Positions 58,996 to 64,000 of a stretch of 64,000 nt of DNA are shown here, piece by piece. Positions within the stretch are counted from its first letter, which is position 1; each line of letters starts with the position of its first letter. Location of the stretch: the IMG/VR virus record IMGVR_UViG_3300014613_000025, positions 1 through 64,000 of that record; one strand, given 5' to 3'. The translations under genes and the position numbers were made by a program. Below the pieces are notes generated by a model. That model saw nothing but the letters and a program-made list of their open reading frames with translations. It ran no database searches and was not told the origin of the DNA. This stretch comes from a virus. Lineage: Duplodnaviria > Caudoviricetes.

Positions 58996-60950
58996 TGGCT
59001 AACCCGAACCCCTCACTGCTTGCCATGTCCAACGCGCAAGCGGAGGACGTTTCGGGCATAGTCGACCGTGGCGCACAGTCGCTTGTGGTGACGTATAGGC
59101 GTCTCGCCAAGGCACCACGTGGCGAGCGATACGCAAAGCTCAAGGCGGCCATCGTCGGGACAGTGGATGGCGGTCGTGCGGCGGCCAACGAACTGGCCGC
59201 GACTCACCTGCTAGACCAGTTGCGCAAGGTCATCGGGTCGAAGGTTGACAACGTCTCGCTTGGACTGAACGCTAGGCCCAAGCGCGCTGAGGTTGACCAG
59301 TACATTGACAACGCTGTTGATGCCGCTCGTGCTGCCGACGAAAACGACGCTGGCATCGAGTCGACCGAATGGCACGCACTTCGTGTGCTAGAGTCGGAAG
59401 TCTTCCGCGAGTATGACGAGGCCCGTCGTGTTGCGGAGTCTAGCCTTGCGGCGTTGTCCGACGATGCCGCTGCCAGGTTGGGCTTTCAGGTTGCTAGGAA
59501 GCAATCGCAACTACGAGACATTGGCAACATTGAAACACGCGGCGACGTCCCGCTTGTGCCGGTGTTCGGCAAGATGTGGAACGCCGTTGGAGACAAGCGG
59601 ACCTGCCAGGTTTGCTCTGCGCTCGATGGCAGTCTTGGGCTACTTGGCAGCGAGTATGACCCAAGCAATCCGCCAGCACATTCGCGCTGTCGTTGTGTCA
59701 CGACCCTGTGGGCCGTTGGCTGGATCGACACGGAGAAAGCAATGACAGACACGGTTGAACGTGACAGCCCGGCAGAGCCCATCGTTAGGGCCTATGCGGC
59801 AATCGATACGCGTGCCACCAACGAAGAGACGCGCACCATTCTAGGCGCCGTTGCCAGCACGGAAGCGATTGACTCGCATGGTTCTATCATCCGCGCCAAG
59901 GGTTGGAATCTCTCGCGCTACGAGAGCAACCCAATCCTAGTGTGGAATCACGCGCTGTCCAACATGTTCACCAAGGCGATGCCTGAGGACATCCTGGGCA
60001 CCGCGTCGATGCGCGTTGACAAGCGAGGCAAGCGACTGCTTGCCGACTTGCACTTTGCACCGGAGGGCGCCAACCCGCGCGCTGACATGGTGTGGGGGCA
60101 AGTCCAGCGCGGCGAAGTGCGTGGGTTGAGCGTTGGATTCCAACCTACGAAGTACCACTTCGAAGCCATCGATGGCGACACTGAAGACGAGCGCATGGTC
60201 ATTGACAATGCTGACCTCGTTGAATTGTCTGTGGTCGCATTGCCCAGCAATGCAGAGACACTAATTGCACAAGTGCGTAGTCTGTTCGGGCAACCGGATG
60301 ACAAGGCGTGTTGTGCTCATGAAGTGCGTAAGGCATCGGCCTCCGCCGATAACAAAAACAAGGAGCAAGCAACCATGACGACGGAAGTTGTTACTGCCCT
60401 CCCGGCTGAGATCGTTGCCATCTTGGGAACGTCCGACGCTGTGGAAGCGGTCAAGCAGATCACGCAAGACAAGTTGCGCGTGAGTCAGTTGGAAGACGCA
60501 TTGGCACGCAAGGATGAGGCTATTGCCACCGCCAACGCCGCGACCGAAGTGGTCAAGGCCGAATTGGTTGAGGCACGTAGCGCGCTCACTGCACAACACG
60601 ACAAGGCGTGTGACGCTGAGGTCGACTCCCTCGTTGCATTGGGTCTTGTGAAAGAGACTCAGCGCGATATGGCGTGCAAGTTTGCGCGCTCTGACCTCGA
60701 CGGGTTCAAGGCGTTTTACGCTGAGGAACGCGAAGAGATGGCTAAGCGCACGGCACCCATGGCCGCACTGCTTGACACGACCCCAGTGGTCAAGGTCAAG
60801 GCGAGTGATGGCAAGGTTGCCCCGACGCGACCCATTGCCGACCACGCCGCGATTCATCGCGCCAAGGCGATTGAGATTCAGAACCGAGACAAGTGCGATT
60901 GGAGCGAGGCATGTGCTCGCGCCTTCAACGAACTTCAGGCGAGTGCCTGA
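58995..60950 (+). CDS. MuF-like head morphogenesis domain + HK97-type prohead protease + scaffold fusion
   Basis: DKRTCQVC...PPAHSRCRC; ASTEAIDSHG...NPILVWNH...GLSVGF...ELSVVALPSN; coiled-coil C-terminus; no stop in 651 codons. Confidence 0.82.
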   Translation: MANPNPSLLAMSNAQAEDVSGIVDRGAQSLVVTYRRLAKAPRGERYAKLKAAIVGTVDGGRAAANELAATHLLDQLRKVIGSKVDNVSLGLNARPKRAEVDQYIDNAVDAARAADENDAGIESTEWHALRVLESEVFREYDEARRVAESSLAALSDDAAARLGFQVARKQSQLRDIGNIETRGDVPLVPVFGKMWNAVGDKRTCQVCSALDGSLGLLGSEYDPSNPPAHSRCRCVTTLWAVGWIDTEKAMTDTVERDSPAEPIVRAYAAIDTRATNEETRTILGAVASTEAIDSHGSIIRAKGWNLSRYESNPILVWNHALSNMFTKAMPEDILGTASMRVDKRGKRLLADLHFAPEGANPRADMVWGQVQRGEVRGLSVGFQPTKYHFEAIDGDTEDERMVIDNADLVELSVVALPSNAETLIAQVRSLFGQPDDKACCAHEVRKASASADNKNKEQATMTTEVVTALPAEIVAILGTSDAVEAVKQITQDKLRVSQLEDALARKDEAIATANAATEVVKAELVEARSALTAQHDKACDAEVDSLVALGLVKETQRDMACKFARSDLDGFKAFYAEEREEMAKRTAPMAALLDTTPVVKVKASDGKVAPTRPIADHAAIHRAKAIEIQNRDKCDWSEACARAFNELQASA

Positions 60951-60965
60951 AAGGAGCATTGAGAC

Positions 60966-61427
60966 ATGACCCTGCAAGTTAGCGTTCCCTGCAAAGAGCA
61001 GCGGATGATCGTGCCCGTCTACAACGCGAGCACCGCCGCTGTCATCAAGGCCAATACCGCTGTGCGACTCGTGACTAGCACGACTGTCAATCAGGTCTAT
61101 TCGGTGAGCAACGTCGGTGCTACCGCTGGCGGCGCAAACCTCACGTTCATCTTCGGTGTGTGTGAGAGTCAGATCGCAACCGGAGGCGTTGGCGAGTGCG
61201 TCATTCACGGACCGGCTGAGATTACCGCCGCGTCTGCAATCACCGTCAAGTCGCCAGTGTGCGCGAACCCTGGCACCGCCGCGATTCGTGGCCGCTCGAC
61301 TACCGCTACCATCGTGACCGCTGGTGGCGCGGTGTCCAGCAAGTATCTCGGTTGGGCCATGACCGTTGGCGCTACCGGTTCGACCCACGTCGTTTTCGTC
61401 AACACCCCGCACGCGCCGATTGCGTGA
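60966..61427 (+). CDS. head decoration / capsid cement-like protein
   Basis: small Ala/Thr/Gly-rich beta protein between protease and capsid genes. Confidence 0.65.
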   Translation: MTLQVSVPCKEQRMIVPVYNASTAAVIKANTAVRLVTSTTVNQVYSVSNVGATAGGANLTFIFGVCESQIATGGVGECVIHGPAEITAASAITVKSPVCANPGTAAIRGRSTTATIVTAGGAVSSKYLGWAMTVGATGSTHVVFVNTPHAPIA

Positions 61428-61441
61428 TAAGGAGCCCAACT

Positions 61442-62551
61442 ATGACTGAGCCGCGAATCACCCAGATCCGTGACCTCGATACCGGGCTCATGCTTCGGTT
61501 CGACGAGGCCAACCACACTGTCACGCTGCCCGATGGCCGAGTGCTTGACTTCGTCGAGCACGACCCGTCTGCCATGCTGCAACGCGACTTCTCGCTTAGC
61601 GACGTTCACGTTGCTGCGGCGTTGACGAACTTCGCCGTTGACTACGGTTCCCAGCAAGGCCAGGCGATTGCCGACTTGGTAGCGCCGCCCATCCTGGTCG
61701 ACAAGGCGTCTGACTACTACCACACGTTCGACAAAAACAACCGCTATCGTCGAGTCAACACCCTGTTGAGCACGAACGATGGGGCGATTCCTGAGATTGG
61801 CGCAGCCAAGTCCAGTTCGTCTTACACGGTTGATTCCTACGGTGCTTCGACGTTCGTTCCGCTCAAGATCGAAGCGGGCGCGGATGCCGTCGTTCAACCG
61901 CGTATGCGTGCCATGCGGCGTATCATGAACGCCATGGTCACTGACCGTGAGCACCGCGTTGCGGCTGCTGCACTGAACGCTACCACGTTCGCGTCCTACC
62001 TGACCACGTTGACGTCCTCGAACTTCTGGGATGACGGCGCGGACTCGGACCCTCGCAAGAACATCATCGACGCAACGGAAGCCATGCTCGCGCCTTGCAC
62101 GCATATGGCTCTCAGCGAGAAGTCGTGGAACCGACTCGTTCACAACGCCAAGTCGCAGCAATACGGCATTAGCGTTGGAATGGCTGTGAATGAAGCGCCC
62201 GCTGCGTTCATGGCTCGCCTTGGATTCCCGAACATTACGCCACTCATCGGTCGTATGCGCTCGGAGTCCACCACGACTGGTACTACCACGTTGTCCTTCG
62301 TGTGGGACGATGACGTGCTGTTCTTCCACAACCCGCAGGGGTCGACGGAAGACGAGCAGGAAGTGCCTACCATCCGCACGTTCCGCTGGGTTCTCCCCGG
62401 CATGTCTGCTGCCTCCGGTGGCTTCCGTATCCGCGAGTGGGACCAGCCCGACCGTGGCTCTGACGGTGGCCGCAAGATGGCAGTGCTGTGTGACGAGAAG
62501 GTGGTTGTGACTGGTGTGGATACCGGTTACATGATCCAGAACGTTTGGTGA
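61442..62551 (+). CDS. major capsid protein
   Basis: position and size (369 aa); SDVHV..ALTNFAVDY segment; AGGAG RBS. Confidence 0.8.
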   Translation: MTEPRITQIRDLDTGLMLRFDEANHTVTLPDGRVLDFVEHDPSAMLQRDFSLSDVHVAAALTNFAVDYGSQQGQAIADLVAPPILVDKASDYYHTFDKNNRYRRVNTLLSTNDGAIPEIGAAKSSSSYTVDSYGASTFVPLKIEAGADAVVQPRMRAMRRIMNAMVTDREHRVAAAALNATTFASYLTTLTSSNFWDDGADSDPRKNIIDATEAMLAPCTHMALSEKSWNRLVHNAKSQQYGISVGMAVNEAPAAFMARLGFPNITPLIGRMRSESTTTGTTTLSFVWDDDVLFFHNPQGSTEDEQEVPTIRTFRWVLPGMSAASGGFRIREWDQPDRGSDGGRKMAVLCDEKVVVTGVDTGYMIQNVW

Positions 62552-62937
62552 TGAGTATGAGTAAGCAAGGACGACCTGGGGGCGGCAGTTATGCGCTGTC
62601 GTCAATGCCGAAAACGGTTGTGCAAAAGTCGGTTGAGGTAGAGTCTGAGGCCGCGAAAGTGGCTGAGGATGTGGCGCCCATCGACGAAGTGAAGGAACCA
62701 ATGGAACAAGAAGTCAAGCAGATCTTTGCAGTGTCTCGCTGTTGCTATTCAAGCGCAGGCAAGATCGTTACCGCCGAGAAGTTCGACCGCATTGTGGATT
62801 GCAAACCACAAGACCTGAAGGAGCTGAAGGCGGAGGGTTGCGTGATTGAGATTACCGAATCAGAATTGGCTGCGGTTCGCGCTGTGTCCAAGTCTGACGG
62901 CCCCGACCGCGCCAAGTTGCTCGCCCTGCTGGCCTAA
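62551..62937 (+). CDS. hypothetical protein after capsid gene
   Basis: position in head module. Confidence 0.55.
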   Translation: MSMSKQGRPGGGSYALSSMPKTVVQKSVEVESEAAKVAEDVAPIDEVKEPMEQEVKQIFAVSRCCYSSAGKIVTAEKFDRIVDCKPQDLKELKAEGCVIEITESELAAVRAVSKSDGPDRAKLLALLA

Positions 62938-62940
62938 CGC

Positions 62941-63429
62941 ATGGGACGGTATCTGTCGCAAACCGGAGGCACGAGTGCCACTGGCGATCTGACCCAAGCG
63001 ATTGGCAATGACCGCTTGTCTATCTTGTGCCCCAACACCGACAATGGTACCGTCTCAACGTCTGCTGTCGCCACGGTTATCACCAAGGCAGAGGCGGAAG
63101 TCAACAGCCTTCTAGGGCCTAACTTTTCGGTGCCTGTTGCCACGTCAATCGTGGCCGACATTGTGAAGTTGTGCGCCTGCGATATCGCTGTCCACTTCTG
63201 CTATAAACGCACTACGGAATTCCGTGATGACCAGGGCAACACTCCTGTGCAACCAGACTTCGTCGAGGCCGTAAAGCGGTTGAAGGAATTGAAGTCAGGC
63301 GAGCGAGACATGGGAGATGAGGCAGCTACTAGCAAGTCATCCACGGTAGGCGGTGTTGTGTACTACAGCACCAACGCCTTTATCGTGGAGACTGCGGAGT
63401 CTACTGACGGGCCTAGCGGTGGGTTCTAG
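62941..63429 (+). CDS. head-tail connector, DUF1320 (Mu gp36-like)
   Basis: MGRYLSQ...ITKAEAEVNSLL...LCACDIA...AVKRLKELKSG. Confidence 0.8.
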   Translation: MGRYLSQTGGTSATGDLTQAIGNDRLSILCPNTDNGTVSTSAVATVITKAEAEVNSLLGPNFSVPVATSIVADIVKLCACDIAVHFCYKRTTEFRDDQGNTPVQPDFVEAVKRLKELKSGERDMGDEAATSKSSTVGGVVYYSTNAFIVETAESTDGPSGGF

Positions 63430-63882
63430 GTGGCTGTCACAATCAACGTTAGCGCGTTCCTGAAGTCGTGGGAAACCATGCAGAACCGCATGGATGCTAA
63501 CGGCCAAACCGCATGGCGCAATGCCGTGCGCGAGGCGTGGGACTCGCAGCGCGAGCATGGTTATCAGAACAAGACGGGACGCTTGACGGCGTCGATGTCT
63601 TGGAAGACCTCGCAGCGCGGCAAGTTCAATTGGGCTGGTAGGCTAAAGACGTCAGCCCCATACGCTGTATACGTGGACAGCGGGACTGGTATCTACGGGA
63701 GAGGTACTCCAATCGTGCCTATCCGCGCCAAGTTCCTGCGATTCTGGATTGGTCCTAGACTGGTGTTTGCTAAGTCAGTCAAAGGATTCAAGGGTGCCAA
63801 GTTCACGAACAATGCGCGTGGCATCTTTGAGAACAACGCACCATCATGGGTACAGAAGGCGCTTGATTCGGCGGTGAGATAA
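63430..63882 (+). CDS. HK97 gp10-like / neck or tail-completion protein
   Basis: YQNKTGRLTAS...APYAVYVDSGT...KGAKF. Confidence 0.7.
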   Translation: MAVTINVSAFLKSWETMQNRMDANGQTAWRNAVREAWDSQREHGYQNKTGRLTASMSWKTSQRGKFNWAGRLKTSAPYAVYVDSGTGIYGRGTPIVPIRAKFLRFWIGPRLVFAKSVKGFKGAKFTNNARGIFENNAPSWVQKALDSAVR

Positions 63883-64000
63883 TGACTGCGCGCATTGACC
63901 AAATGGGCGCGGTGGTTGTGCCGCTGTCAAGCGTCGCGACAGGCGGGTCTCTTGTCTCGCTTGCTGACCCGGTCATCACAGACCTGCTTAGCAAGTTCAA
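63882..64000 (+). CDS. next structural gene, partial
   Basis: TAATG coupling; open to the window edge. Confidence 0.55.
   Translation, partial: MTARIDQMGAVVVPLSSVATGGSLVSLADPVITDLLSKF

Noticed and set aside
57293-62701. Long minus-strand ORFs (57293-58129, 60261-61439, 61205-62701)
   Set aside because: Antisense shadows of portal, protease and capsid genes, expected in GC-rich DNA; no motifs or RBS.
1-64000. Integrase, transposase, IS element, reverse transcriptase/DGR, rRNA
   Set aside because: No catalytic motifs or terminal repeats recognised; a Mu-like head module alone does not imply transposition.

Overview
The whole window is a 64-kb segment of a GC-rich tailed dsDNA bacteriophage genome. 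No integrase, repressor cassette or host genes were recognised. Layout: (i) 1-4.8 kb, leftward recombination operon (AAA ATPase, PD-(D/E)XK exonuclease, SSB); (ii) 5-30.4 kb, long rightward region with MazG-like protein, DUF1937, SNF2 helicase, DNA MTase, replication initiator/primase/DnaB/RuvC, RNA-repair enzymes (cyclic-phosphate receiver, Thg1, Rnl2), two radical-SAM enzymes, a methyltransferase and an SDR; (iii) 30.4-45.1 kb, leftward region of about 40 tiny ORFs; (iv) 45.2-54.4 kb, nonulosonate synthase, cytidylyltransferase-HAD, Maf-type transferase, radical SAM and ParB-N genes; (v) 54.9-64 kb, terminase and Mu-like head module. The most striking signal is in region iii. It has 29 sigma54-type (-24/-12) promoters, most placed directly in front of one small gene with a near-leaderless start. 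These fall into blocks, each preceded by a non-coding cluster of ATGAC-N6-GTCAT palindromes (21 copies) at enhancer-like distances. One of these promoters drives a CCA-ended tRNA-like RNA that lacks D and anticodon arms. Second, the phage carries a nonulosonic-acid (sialic-acid-like) synthesis, activation and transfer pathway, apparently co-marked by a CCTAAAC motif. All protein family calls come from recognised motifs, not database searches, and motif counts were made by eye.
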